The notes under the pieces were generated by a model that worked only from the letters and a program-made list of their open reading frames with translations, ran no database searches and was not told the origin of the DNA. DNA of 64,000 nucleotides from Nageia nagi (lineage: Eukaryota; Plantae; Pinophyta). The translations under genes and the position numbers were made by a program. Every line of letters begins with the position of its first letter. Positions within the stretch are counted from its first letter, which is position 1. This document shows positions 14,801 to 29,800 of this stretch, in pieces. Location of the stretch: contig JBITNC010000002.1 in NCBI GenBank assembly GCA_050084985.1, positions 26,226,001 through 26,290,000 of the forward strand, written 5' to 3'.

Positions 14801-17800
14801 GCGCTAGAGGGCTCATTTGTAATGGGATGAAATTTTGGATTTTGGATATAAACATTGGCAATTAGATGAGCAGAGTAATTCTTCCTATCAAATACTTGTC
14901 AATTGTGAATGTGGCATGATCTTTTGAATGAAATTGCACAACTCCATTTCTATGTGACTATGAGCTTTGGCATGTGATGCTATCATTGGCATGTTTTACT
15001 TTGACACTTGGAACATTTTGCAAACCTCTTGAGAGGTGGGTGAAAGAGTGGTTGATTATTCTTTTGAAGTGTTGAATGTAATACATAGTTGGTGATTGCT
15101 CATGGTATGCAACTAGACTTGTTGAACTTATTTGACCATTTCAATTTGACCATCTATTTATAGGTGATATGTTGAACTCATGTTGCCTTCGGTTCTTTAA
15201 AACTTTAAAAACTCATTCCAAATTTTGCTTGTGAGTATTGAATCTCTATTACATATAATACTATTAGGCATGACATGCAATCTGAAGATTAGATCCAAAA
15301 CTACGTGTCACTTTACTAGCTATGAAAGTGCTGGTTTTACCCTATGTGCTTGAGATTTCATCGTTTCTAAGGAATGTGCCAAATTGGTCTCTATCTGTGT
15401 GGAGTTTCTCCGACTGCCATTACCCTTATAGTTATAGCCCTTGCTTAGTTGTATACGATCATCCTTGGGAATATGGTTTGCGTACAACCCAAAAAAAATT
15501 TCAAAGCTTGCCCTCAGAAGAAGGTTTGTGTGGAAATTGATGTTTCCGAAAGTGGATCCTAGTCCATCACCTAGAGGGTTCTATACCTCAATTTGCCCAA
15601 TAATTGTTACATATACCATTCTTTTGAGCATAGAATTAAAGATTATTCGTTGGCCACTCAGAAAGCAAAGCTTTCTCCTAAGTCCACTAATACTACCTAC
15701 TCTTGTCTTAATGAGGAGGGTTGGATAATGCTGACCAATCGAAAAAACTCTCGCAACATTGGGTCTAATGGTGCAGCCCCTGCTAGGATGTAAAGCAAAA
15801 CACCGTCGCCACCAAAGTTCTCAATTACCAAGTAGGACAATAAGGGGAAAGACCTAGCTCAAGCTTTTCCTATGGGTAATAAGGCTAAAGAGCTAGCTAA
15901 ACCTTAGTAGATGGCCAAACCTTAGTTTGTTAGAACCCCTTAGGCTGCTAGTACGATCATGCTAGATGCTTGTAGCCTTGCACAACTCACAAAGAAGAAA
16001 AAGGCAAGTTTGTGCTAGAGAAGAGGCAACATTTTTTACCAACTATGTGGTCTGGAAGTTATCAATCCGAGGTGGAGGCAATTCAAACCCAAAATAGCTA
16101 TGGTGCTCTAGATGAGCTTGATAGCAAGGATATGCCTCTCAACCAACCACTTCCATGAACTTTATTTCATGGAATGTTAGGGATCTTATAGAATCCAAAT
16201 GGAAGTTCATTGGAATGAAAACTAGACAAAGGTTTCTTGATCTTGATTTATTTTGCTTACAAGAGGTTAAAGTTTTTGATTTTTTTATCTCAACAATATG
16301 CCAAACCATCTGGTCGTACAACATCTGTTTTCACAATGATCATGAACGTAGTTGTGGTAGCATCGCTACCCATGTCTTAGAGAGGTGGTATTCAAACCTC
16401 ATTGATTGTGAATGTGATCCCACTTTCAAAGCGTTATGGATGCTTTTGAACTACAATAATCATTCCTTTGGGGTTATTAATGTTTATGCCTCTAATGATG
16501 CAATTGAGCGATCTCTTTTCTTGCATAGGATTGCAAACTCTCTACCCATTGCATGTTGTGTGATGGGTGGAGATTTCGAGATGATTGAATGTGCATCAAA
16601 CAAAATCGATAGCTTCCCATGCACTTGACAATGGGTGAAAGGGTGGCTTGGTTGTACATGCCCAAGAAATTGGGATTTTTGGATCCTAACTCCAATTGTT
16701 GTTAGACCAATTCCATATGGTACACGTCGAGTAACATGTGAATTGGCATGGAAAAAGTTCTCAAACAGTTTGATAGAGCAATGTTGACAAGTCAGCCCAT
16801 TTTTTCATTCTCTAGCTAGCACTCTCTAACTATGGAGTCCATGTCAAGCATCATGTTGTCAAACTATCTTCCTATTCGATTAAGCATTGTTTGGCCTAAT
16901 TGTACATTCAAAAAGGAAATTTCAGTACACATTATTAGTGACACACTCTCCCACAATGGTCCATATCCAACATACTTAGGAACCTTGAACTCTATCCCAA
17001 CAATGGAATAGGGTGGATTCAATGGTGGAACAATACAATCAAATGAACAACTTGTTTTCGTTGAATGTATGGCTAACAGTTGGCTCTTTTTTGATGTTAT
17101 TCATGCCAAGCCACTAACTCAAAATTGATCCACACTACAAGTGAGCTTGAAGCCTTTCCCTTTTAGCTTTGGGTGGCCAAGCTTCACCAATAGAAACAAA
17201 TTGTTGACCACCACAGTTTGCGGAAATCCCAAATCAAGGTGCATCTTTACTTGTTAATGGTGGGAGACCGAGTGTCCAAAGAATTTTTTAAAGCCATGAA
17301 AACCTCTAGGTTTCTTGGAAAATCAAAGAACTTAAGGAAGGCCATCAAGCTTTTTTTTCTCTTCTTGATATTCTTTTGGCCTTTGTCAATCATTACTAGC
17401 AAGTGTTCAAAGTGCAGGAACCATCTTTCGAACAAGACCTCACTCTATAGCAGTGCATAGCAATGATCCTGTGTAAGCTTTGTCACTCTCAAATGGCCCT
17501 TTGTAATCAACTACTGACAAAAGATGAACTTCGGGTTCTCACAATGGCTAATGACAAAGCCCTAAGATGTGGCAACTTCCTTTGTGAATTCTGTAAAACA
17601 ATGTGAGACACGATCATGATCTATTTGAAGTTTATCTTGGAACCCTTCTTACCAATTCTTTACGGAACCTTATCAACAAAGGTAATATCAAATCTATAAC
17701 TAGAGTAAGAGATCACCAATTGGTGTCTTATTACCTTATTGAATGTCTCCTATAAGATAATTGCAAAAGCTTTGGTGCCTTGTTTATAAAATTAACTTTC

Positions 17801-20800
17801 TTTAATTGTTTTCCTTGAACAGAAAGGATTCATACAAAGATGATGCATCTTGGATAATATTATAGCTGTTTGGGAAGGTATGAAATGGGCCTAAAACTTT
17901 CAATAGAAATCGCTATTAATCAAAATAGACTTTGCCAAAGCTTAACACCAAATGGCCTTTCATCATTGCCATTCTATAGGCCATAGGTTTTGGTCACACT
18001 CTCATTCGTTCTATCAAGATGTTGTTTGCATATGCATGTGCATGTTTGACCATAAATGGTCGACAATCTACAACCTTCGAACTATTCGGTCTTTTAGGTA
18101 AGGCTGCTTGCTTGTAGTAGCTTTGTACCTTCTAGTGTTTGAAGGATTTGGCTATCTACTTGGCCATGTAGTTTCCCTTGGCCAAGTCAAAGCTATCTCA
18201 CTTGCTCATTCCAATTAGTAGTCGGTCAACAACATTTTGTTGATGACTCCTTTCTTTTTAGTGGAAGAAGAGACTAACATAACATAGCCTTTAATATGCA
18301 TATACATGTTCTACTTGGCATTGGGATCCAACATTCAATGACAAAAAACTTAATGCTATCGCCAATCTTGGCTACCCATACTCTCATGGCTCTTAAAATT
18401 GGATTGAAATGGATTACCCATGGTGAGATGTTCTGATTTCACAGAATCCCCTTTGCCTTCCAATCCTCCTCTCATAAACTTTGTTAATTTTTCATTTCCA
18501 AAGTGGAAAAGAAATTGCAACATTGGGTAGGCAAACCCTTACCCCTTGCTGGCAAATTCCAAATTCACTCCAAGGTTGTTGTAGCAACTCATGTTTACTA
18601 CTTGTCATGCTAGGCATCCTTTAAAGCTTCTTGTCAAAAGTTTGAAAAATCCCTTTGAGATTTTTTTGGTCCTCTTCGAAGCAGAGGAATGTTGTACCCG
18701 TACAATACACCCCAAAATACAAGATTTTTGGGACCTTATTTTTGCAAAGGCAATGTATTGCATTGCCTGGACAATGGTCTTGGGTGATAGGATAGTTGAT
18801 TCTGAGCAGGCTAAAAGATGATATCAGGGCACAATGCATAAAGATTACCCACTGGAATCCCTAAAGTGGTTTAGAGCATTCAATCAATAGTTTTGGAACC
18901 AAGGAGCTAGGATTTGAGCGATACAACAAAGTACAAAATTTATGGGTTTGGAAAGGGCCTATGGAAATGGGGTTATTTTTTCAAATTTGCCAAACTAGAA
19001 AATTGAAGATGCTAAGTTGTGAAGGACAAAAAAACAACAACATATTTAAACTTGGAACTTATCGGAAACAATCAAAATTACAAAATCTACGGCAAGGGGG
19101 GAGTTTTGGAGCTTTGATGATATTAAAGTTGGGAAAAATGTGCTCAGGGAAGATTTCACCAAGTTTGAAGTTTGCTAGAGTAGGATTTAGAGGACATGAG
19201 CCAATGAAGGACCACGTTTCAGGCACCTTTAGGTTTGGAAATTTCGAAATTCGACCAAGTTTTCTCCCTCCAAGTTTGAGGTTTTCTGGGTTTGATGATG
19301 TCAAAGATGGAAAAATGGTGCCTAGGGTCAAGATGCTTCATTTTGATCTTCACCAAATTTGAAATTCGAAGGCATGGGGTCATGAAGGGTACCGAAATAG
19401 GCAAGTTTAGGCTTTGGAATTTTTAGAATTTGACAAAGTTCACTCTCTCTCACACCTAGGCGCACATTTTCAAGGTTTGATGGTGTCAAAAGGGAAAACA
19501 TGCGCCTAGCATGAAAGTACACTTTCTTGACAAAATTTTGAGTGTAATTTTGATGACATGGCATGATGGAGAAAGAAAAAGCAAGTGCTTTTGGTCTTGG
19601 AAATTTGAAAAAAGATCAAAAATTATGTCCAAGAGAGGTAGATGCAAATTTTGGGGGTTTGGTGTCACCAAAGCTAGAAAACATACGCCTAGGCCATGAA
19701 GCACTCAAATTTGACATTTTTTGGGAAATGTTTTTGAATACCTAAGGTTGTGGAGCATCAAATTCTAAACACATTTGGCCTTGGAAACACCCAAAAAGGA
19801 TAAAAAATACGCACCCAAGAGTTAAGTGCATATTTTAAGGGTTTGATATGTAATGTCCCCAATATGGGACATCTAAACATCTCCCTCATGCTTATTCATT
19901 GTGATCTTTAGCACTTAGGTTAGGAGTATTTTCTTTGTCAATTTATTTATTTATTATATCTATATTTGTGCCTATAAGGCAAGCACTCGACAAGGGCAAA
20001 TTATATGTTTATTTGAGCTAAGAAAAAGGGCCAATAAGATGAATTATGCCCCTATGCCCAAATCGGCCATATTAGGGAGGTTTGGGGCCATTTATTAAAT
20101 AATTATTCCCCCTCTCCTATTTGGTTGCCTTTTAGGGGCATATTGACAAGTTTGGAATCCTATGAAGGCAAGGCATTTGGTCATTTGAAGACATCAGGTT
20201 GTGCATTCGATCTTAGATCATTTGGAGTTTAGGGATGCTTCATTTCTCTACCTTCCAGGGTTTAAGGCTGCTCCCTAGCCTAGAAGTGGCTCATCTACAC
20301 TTCTACACCTCTTGGAGAGCTTGCGCCTATCATTCTTGCCATTTGGGAGCTTGCGCCAGCCATTAGGAGCCATCTTGAGACTTGCGCTTAGCTTGAAAGC
20401 TGCCTTGGGACTTGTGCCAGCCTTGAGGAGTCTAGTTTGAGCATTTTGGAGTTTTGGCTTTGCCCTATAACTTGTTACAGGCTTGTTACAGCCCTATACT
20501 TATTCTTGGTCATTATTATTGATATTCAACTCTTATATTGCTTTCATATTGCTCTCAAATGTGAATGAATGTTGGTACATATTTCTGCTATGCTTCTATC
20601 TTCATTGTGCATGGGAATGTATGCAATTGAGTAGTTTGGAGCTATATTTCTGTTATATAACAGATCTGATTTGTGCCCTGGTTTTGATCATTGTTCACAT
20701 ATTATGACGCATTATATCAAATTTGGCTACTGCTGTTATAATTCAGTTTGAGCGCATGTTTTGGATGATTTATGAGCATGTTATTGATGCCCTAATTTTT

Positions 20801-23800
20801 GGATAAGTGTGGAATTGAATGCTAATTTGGATAAACTTTAGGAAGGTACATTACATGATGACATCAAAGGTGAAAACATGTGCTAACCCATTCACACTTG
20901 AAATTTTTTGAAATTTTGACATGGGTAATTCAGTATTTGGGCACATGGGTATTGAGAAGCATAAAAAAACTAAGCAACATTAGGCTTGGAAGTTTTGAAA
21001 TTGAGCAAAATCAATCTTCCCAAACCTAGTGCAAGATTTGAGAGATTGATGTCATCAAAGGCCAAAAACATGTGCCTAGAGCATGAGGACACCATTTTGG
21101 CCAAATTTTGAATTGATTTTTGTAGACACATGCACCTGGGGAGTCAAAATTCAATGCATATTTGCTCTTGAAATTTTTCAAAATAACCAATATACTCTTC
21201 TCAAGACTAGGCACACTTTTGAAGGCTTTGCCATCATCAAAAGGAAAAAACATACGCCTAGAGCCAAACCACACATTTTTGACCAAAAATCAAAATATTT
21301 TTTAAGAGATAGGGGTATGCACAATAAATTTTCAAACATGATGGCTTCATTTCTAGGCCTTAAAGGAGTTTGTCCAGCCTAGAGGGTCCTTGGATGCCAT
21401 TTTGAGCATTGTACTTCATTCTTTAGCAATATAAAATCAGATCTGATTTCTTGGCATCCATATTTGTGATTGTTTCTTGATGCACTTCATGTGAATCCTA
21501 TTTTTTACAACTTGGAACATTACAATGTACATATAAGGTCCATTTAATTCATAATCACAAACATTTTAAATTTTAAAACTTTAACTTCAAATTGTATAAA
21601 ATTTTAAATGTTTTAAATTGTTTGAATTTTTAAAATATATTTAGATATTTACCCTTTTAAAGTTTTAAAATAATTTAATATTTATTTTTTAATGTTTAAA
21701 ATTTAATTATTTTAAAGTTTTTTTAATAAATATTTAAATTATTAAAAATAATATTAAATTTAAATGCATTGTTCATAATATAGCTAACAATATTGCTCAA
21801 GGTGGAAAACTCGGACTTGGGAACTACTTGGCTGAAAAATTTAGAGAGTACTTGGCAAATAGGAGAGTACTTGGCAAAAACTCGACACTAAAACTCGGGA
21901 AAAAAACTTTGAACATTTCAAAATATGAAAAATTACAAATATGAAAAAATTACAAATCAATGGTGAAGCTTTTCAAATTGATACTCAAACTTCAAATCTT
22001 TCACAAACTGATCTACAAGTGAAAAATTGGCTAACACAATGGAATGAGAAGAATGAGATACAATTAGATAGTTAAAAGGCATATTTTTGTGTTTGCTATA
22101 TTTTTTTCATGTTTTTTAGCTCTATTTTGATAGTAGTCAGTAACTCCAAAAATCGCTAGGGCTGAGTAATGACCTCCGATTACTAGTTTTGCCTCCAAAT
22201 CGCGGTTACTTGCAGAGTACTCGTGGATTTTCGAACCAGGATATTGCTAATAAATTAATAATATTAACTTCACTCAAGAAAACTAGACTTAGTGTTCTTG
22301 ATATTGCTAATAATTTGTTTTATATATATTTATTATATTTTAATGTTATTGTACCTCTAGTGTGCCCAAAATCTGGCCCAAGTTTTCCTCATCTCAAGGA
22401 CACATCTCATCATACCTGTTCCAAAACTTCGTGGAACATAGAAAATTCCCCATTATCATATTGCTCCTTTTGTTTTTGTTCAAATGCGAGAAACAACACT
22501 CCTAATGTTGCTGCCATTCCATTTAGTTGATTGCCCATGGTTTGTTGGTATTGTATCCCGGATTATCTTTTCCATCATTTTATTTTCTTTTCCTTTTGCT
22601 TGGATCTTTATCATCGTGGCATAATTCTTCAACTTGAGTTCCATGAAGTTACCTACTTATTGATGTTTGCTGGTTTTGCATATCATGTTGATTCTAAGAG
22701 TTTTGTGTTGTTGATTGGGATATCTTTCTTCCCATGTGTTATTGTTTCTCATACAAACTTCATTCTACTTGAGATTTGTTTTTCTTGTCAATCTACATTT
22801 TTCTTTTTCCACACTTTTGTGATTGGATGGATAGCAATTTTGTCCATCAGTAATGCTTTTAGCTTTTGGATCTTGTGTTTGCCTTACCCTAGGGTGTTGT
22901 TGGAGATATGTATCATTTTGATTGTTTGGACGAAATGATCAAAATGAGATAAATCTCCTGAAAGGGTTTTGAATTTCTGGATCTTTCCTTAGCTTTACTT
23001 GGGGTGTTGTTGAAGATATATGCTATTTTCATCGTCTTGATAGAGCAATCAAAATGAGATGAGGTTTCCTAAATTTTTTACAAATAACCCTATCTCTTCT
23101 TTCGGTGCCTAGTATAACCTAACCAAATTACAAGAAAGCTAAAAACAAATAAATTCATTTCAATTAGAGTCTACATGGTAATGACGTTGCAAATCCTTAA
23201 AGAGTTCGCTTTCTACAAGCCTTTGTTCTGCGCCAATTTACCAAAAACTAGCCTTCCCTTGGTAACTAAGATTGTTTCTCTTATACCACTTGTAAAAAAA
23301 CAATTTAGCTCATAGAACTAGCATGCAGTCCAAATCTTGCACAAATATACATTAGGGAATAATAAATAAAAACAAACATTTAACAAAATATAAAAAGAAT
23401 TAACAATTAGATTGAAGGAAAAAAGTTAGCCAAATAAGGTGAGAAGAATTTTAATTGATATCATACATTCAAATCACTTTTGTAAACTTAAAGGATCACT
23501 AACACTAACCCAAGATTGAAGAATGAATGACAAATCTTTGGTTAAAAGGATTATTTTTATTGAAATATTGATTTTATGTGTTTTAGCTGAAATTGAATGA
23601 GCAATAAGTAAAACTTCCAATCAAAAACACTTACCGAGTAAAACTAATTACATTTGAAATTGAGAGTTTACATTGCAATATCACGTTGATTTCGATACAA
23701 GTGAAATTTAATAAACTATAATATATATTAACTTTGACATGATTTCGACTTAGTGTTCTTGATATTGCTAATAATTTGTTTTATATATATTTATTATATT

Positions 23801-26800
23801 TTAATGTTATTGTACCTCTAGTGTGCCCAAAATCTGGCCCAAGTTTTCCTCATCTCAAGGACACATCTCATCATACCTGTTCCAAAACTTCGTGGAACAT
23901 AGAAAATTCCCCATTATCATATTGCTCCTTTTGTTTTTGTTCAAATGCGAGAAACAACACTCCTAATGTTGCTGCCATTCCATTTAGTTGATTGCCCATG
24001 GTTTGTTGGTATTGTATCCCAGATTATCTTTCCCATTATTTTATTTTCCTTTCCTTTTTGCTTGGATCTTTATCATCGTGGCATAATTCTTCAACTTGAG
24101 TTCCATTGAAGTTTACCTCACTTATTGATGTTTGCTGGTTTTGCATATCATGTTGATTCTATAGAGTTTTGTGTTGTTGATTGGGATATCTTTCTTCCAT
24201 GTGTTATTGTTTCTCATACAAACTTCATTCTACTTGAGATTTGTTTTTCTTGTCAATCTACATTTTTCTTTTTCCACACTTTTGTGATTGGATGGATAGC
24301 AATTTTGTCCATCAGTAATGCTTTTAGCTTTTGGATCTTGTGTTTGCCTTACCCTAGGGTGTTGTTGGAGATATGTATCATTTTGATTGTTTGGACGAAA
24401 TGATCAAAATGAGATAAATCTCCTGAAAGGGTTTTGAATTTCTGGATCTTTCCTTAGCTTTACTTGGGGTGTTGTTGAAGATATATGCTATTTTCATCGT
24501 CTTGATAGAGCAATCAAAATGAGATGAGGTTTCCTAATTTTTTTACAAATAACCCTATCTCTTCTTTCGGTGCCTAGTTATAACCTAACCAAATTACAAG
24601 AAAGCTAAAAACAAATAAATTCATTTCAATTAGAGCTACATGGTAATGACGTTGCAAATCCTTAAAGAGTTCGCTTTCTACAAGCCTTTGTTCTGCGCCA
24701 ATTTACCAAAAACTAGCCTTCCCTTGGTAACTAAGATTGTTTCTCTTATACCACTTGTAAAAAAACAATTTAGCTCATAGGAGAGTACTCGGCAAAAACT
24801 CGACACTAAAACTTGGGAAAAAAACCTCGAACATTTCAAAATATGAAAAATTACAGAATATGAAAAAATTACAAATCAACGGTGAAGCTTTTCAAATTGA
24901 TACTCAAACTTCAAATCTTTCACAAACTGATCTACAAAGTGAAAAATTGAGCTAACACAATGGAATGAGAAGAATGAGATACAATTAGATAGTTAAAAGG
25001 CATATTTTTGTGTTTACTATATTTTTTTCATGTTTTTTAGCTCTATTTTGATAGTAGTCGAGTAACGTCCAAAAACCGCTAGGGCCGAGTAATGACCTCC
25101 GATTACTAGTTTTGCCTCCAAATCGCGGTTACTTGCAAGTACTCGTGGATTTTCGAACCAGGATATTGCTAATAAATTAATAATATTAACTTCACTCAAG
25201 AAAACTACGACTTAGTGTTCTTGATATTGCTAATAATTTGTTTTATATATATTTATTATATTTTAATGTTATTGTACCTCTAGTGTGCCCCAAAATCTGG
25301 CCCAAGTTTTCCTCATCTCAAGGACACATCTCATCATACCTGTTCCAAAACTTCGTGGAACATAGAAAATTCCCATTATCATATTGCTCCTTTTGTTTTT
25401 GTTCAAATGCGAGAAACAACACTCCTAATGTTGCTGCCATTCCATTTAGTTGATTGCCCATGGTTTGTTGGTATTGTATCCCAGATTATCTTTCCCATTA
25501 TTTTATTTTCCTTTCCTTTTTGCTTGGATCTTTATCATCGTGGCATAATTCTTCAACTTGAGTTCCATTGAAGTTTACCTCACTTATTGATGTTTGCTGG
25601 TTTTGCATATCATGTTGATTCTATAGAGTTTTTGTGTTGTTGATTGGGATATCTTTCTTCCCATGTGTTATTGTTTCTCATACAAACTTCATTCTACTTG
25701 AGATTTGTTTTTCTTGTCAATCTACATTTTTCTTTTTCCACACTTTTGTGATTGGATGGATAGCAATTTTGTCCATCAGTAATGCTTTTAGCTTTTGGAT
25801 CTTGTGTTTGCCTTACCCTAGGGTGTTGTTGGAGATATGTATCATTTTGATTGTTTGGACGAAATGATCAAAATGAGATAAATCTCCTGAAAGGGTTTTG
25901 AATTTCTGGATCTTTCCTTAGCTTTACTTGGGGTGTTGTTGAAGATATATGCTATTTTCATCGTCTTGATAGAGCAATCAAAATGAGATGAGGTTTCCTA
26001 ATTTTTTTACAAATAACCCTATCTCTTCTTTCGGTGCCTAGTATAACCTAACCAAATTACAAGAAAGCTAAAAACAAATAAATTCATTTCAATTAGAGCT
26101 ACATGGTAATGACGTTGCAAATCCTTAAAGAGTTCGCTTTCTACAAGCCTTTGTTCTGCGCCAATTTACCAAAAACTAGCCTTCCCTTGGTAACTAAGAT
26201 TGTTTCTCTTATACCACTTGTAAAAAAACAATTTAGCTCATAGGGAGTACTCGGCAAAAACTCGACACTAAAACTTGGGAAAAAAACCTCGAACATTTCA
26301 AAATATGAAAAATTACAGAATATGAAAAAATTACAAATCAACGGTGAAGCTTTTCAAATTGATACTCAAACTTCAAATCTTTCACAAACTGATCTACAAA
26401 GTGAAAAATTGAGCTAACACAATGGAATGAGAAGAATGAGATACAATTAGATAGTTAAAAGGCATATTTTTGTGTTTACTATATTTTTTTCATGTTTTTT
26501 AGCTCTATTTTGATAGTAGTCGAGTAACGTCCAAAAACCGCTAGGGCCGAGTAATGACCTCCGATTACTAGTTTTGCCTCCAAATCGCGGTTACTTGCAA
26601 GTACTCGTGGATTTTCGAACCAGGATATTGCTAATAAATTAATAATATTAACTTCACTCAAGAAAACTACGACTTAGTGTTCTTGATATTGCTAATAATT
26701 TGTTTTATATATATTTATTATATTTTAATGTTATTGTACCTCTAGTGTGCCCAAAATCTGGCCCAAGTTTTCCTCATCTCAAGGACACATCTCATCATAC

Positions 26801-29800
26801 CTGTTCCAAAACTTCGTGGAACATAGAAAATTCCCCATTATCATATTGCTCCTTTTGTTTTTGTTCAAATGCGAGAAACAACACTCCTAATGTTGCTGCC
26901 ATTCCATTTAGTTGATTGCCCATGGTTTGTTGGTATTGTATCCCAGATTATCTTTCCCATTATTTTATTTTCCTTTCCTTTTGCTTGGATCTTTATCATC
27001 GTGGCATAATTCTTCAACTTGAGTTCCATTGAAGTTTACCTCACTTATTGATGTTTGCTGGTTTTGCATATCATGTTGATTCTATAGAGTTTTGTGTTGT
27101 TGATTGGGATATCTTTCTTCCCATGTGTTATTGTTTCTCATACAAACTTCATTCTACTTGAGATTTGTTTTTCTTGTCAATCTACATTTTTCTTTTTCCA
27201 CACTTTTGTGATTGGATGGATAGCAATTTTGTCCATCAGTAATGCTTTTAGCTTTTGGATCTTGTGTTTGCCTTACCCTAGGGTGTTGTTGGAGATATGT
27301 ATCATTTTGATTGTTTGGACGAAATGATCAAAATGAGATAAATCTCCTGAAAGGGTTTTGAATTTCTGGATCTTTCCTTAGCTTTACTTGGGGTGTTGTT
27401 GAAGATATATGCTATTTTCATCGTCTTGATAGAGCAATCAAAATGAGATGAGGTTTCCTAATTTTTTTACAAATAACCCTATCTCTTCTTTCGGTGCCTA
27501 GTATAACCTAACCAATTACAAGAAAGCTAAAAACAAATAAATTCATTTCAATTAGAGCTACATGGTAATGACGTTGCAAATCCTTAAAGAGTTCGCTTTC
27601 TACAAGCCTTTGTTCTGCGCCAATTTACCAAAAACTAGCCTTCCCTTGGTAACTAAGATTGTTTCTCTTATACCACTTGTAAAAAAACAATTTAGCTCAT
27701 AGGAGAGTACTCGGCAAAAACTCGACACTAAAACTTGGGAAAAAAACCTCGAACATTTCAAAATATGAAAAATTACAGAATATGAAAAAATTACAAATCA
27801 ACGGTGAAGCTTTTCAAATTGATACTCAAACTTCAATCTTTCACAAACTGATCTACAAAGTGAAAAATTGAGCTAACACATGGAATGAGAAGAATGAGAT
27901 ACAATTAGATAGTTAAAAGGCATATTTTTGTGTTTACTATATTTTTTTCATGTTTTTTAGCTCTATTTTGATAGTAGTCGAGTAACGTCCAAAAACCGCT
28001 AGGCCGAGTAATGACCTCCGATTACTAGTTTTGCCTCCAAATCGCGGTTACTTGCAAGTACTCGTGGATTTTCGAACCAGGATATTGCTAATAAATTAAT
28101 AATATTAACTTCACTCAAGAAAACTACGACTTAGTGTTCTTGATATTGCTAATAATTTGTTTTATATATATTTATTATATTTTAATGTTATTGTACCTCT
28201 AGTGTGCCCAAAATCTGGCCCAAGTTTTCCTCATCTCAAGGACACATCTCATCATACCTGTTCCAAAACTTCGTGGAACATAGAAAATTCCCCATTATCA
28301 TATTGCTCCTTTTGTTTTTGTTCAAATGCGAGAAACAACACTCCTAATGTTGCTGCCATTCCATTTAGTTGATTGCCCATGGTTTGTTGGTATTGTATCC
28401 CAGATTATCTTTCCCATTATTTTATTTTCCTTTCCTTTTTGCTTGGATCTTTATCATCGTGGCATAATTCTTCAACTTGAGTTCCATTGAAGTTTACCTC
28501 ACTTATTGATGTTTGCTGGTTTTGCATATCATGTTGATTCTATAGAGTTTTGTGTTGTTGATTGGGATATCTTTCTTCCCATGTGTTATTGTTTCTCATA
28601 CAAACTTCATTCTACTTGAGATTTGTTTTTCTTGTCAATCTACATTTTTCTTTTCCACACTTTTGTGATTGGATGGATAGCAATTTTGTCCATCAGTAAT
28701 GCTTTTAGCTTTTGGATCTTGTGTTTGCCTTACCCTAGGGTGTTGTTGGAGATATGTATCATTTTGATTGTTTGGACGAAATGATCAAAATGAGATAAAT
28801 CTCCTGAAAGGGTTTTGAATTTCTGGATCTTTCCTTAGCTTTACTTGGGGTGTTGTTGAAGATATATGCTATTTTCATCGTCTTGATAGAGCAATCAAAA
28901 TGAGATGAGGTTTCCTAATTTTTTTACAAATAACCCTATCTCTTCTTTCGGTGCCTAGTATAACCTAACCAAATTACAAGAAAGCTAAAAACAAATAAAT
29001 TCATTTCAATTAGAGCTACATGGTAATGACGTTGCAAATCCTTAAAGAGTTCGCTTTCTACAAGCCTTTGTTCTCGCCAATTTACCAAAAACTAGCCTTC
29101 CCTTGGTAACTAAGATTGTTTCTCTTATACCACTTGTAAAAAAACAATTTAGCTCATAGGAGAGTACTCGGCAAAAACTCGACACTAAAACTTGGAAAAA
29201 AACCTCGAACATTTCAAAATATGAAAAATTACAGAATATGAAAAAATTACAAATCAACGGTGAAGCTTTTCAAATTGATACTCAAACTTCAAATCTTTCA
29301 CAAACTGATCTACAAAGTGAAAAATTGAGCTAACACAATGGAATGAGAAGAATGAGATACAATTAGATAGTTAAAAGGCATATTTTTGTGTTTACTATAT
29401 TTTTTTCATGTTTTTTAGCTCTATTTTGATAGTAGTCGAGTAACGTCCAAAAACCGCTAGGGCCGAGTAATGACCTCCGATTACTAGTTTTGCCTCCAAA
29501 TCGCGGTTACTTGCAAGTACTCGTGGATTTTCGAACCAGGATATTGCTAATAAATTAATAATATTAACTTCACTCAAGAAAACTACGACTTAGTGTTCTT
29601 GATATTGCTAATAATTTGTTTTATATATATTTATTATATTTTAATGTTATTGTACCTCTAGTGTGCCCAAAATCTGGCCCAAGTTTTCCTCATCTCAAGG
29701 ACACATCTCATCATACCTGTTCCAAAACTTCGTGGAACATAGAAAATTCCCCATTATCATATTGCTCCTTTTGTTTTTGTTCAAATGCGAGAAACAACAC

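Noticed and set aside
21560-21770. Extremely AT-rich tract as a defined element
   Set aside because: Low complexity, with no termini or TSD found.
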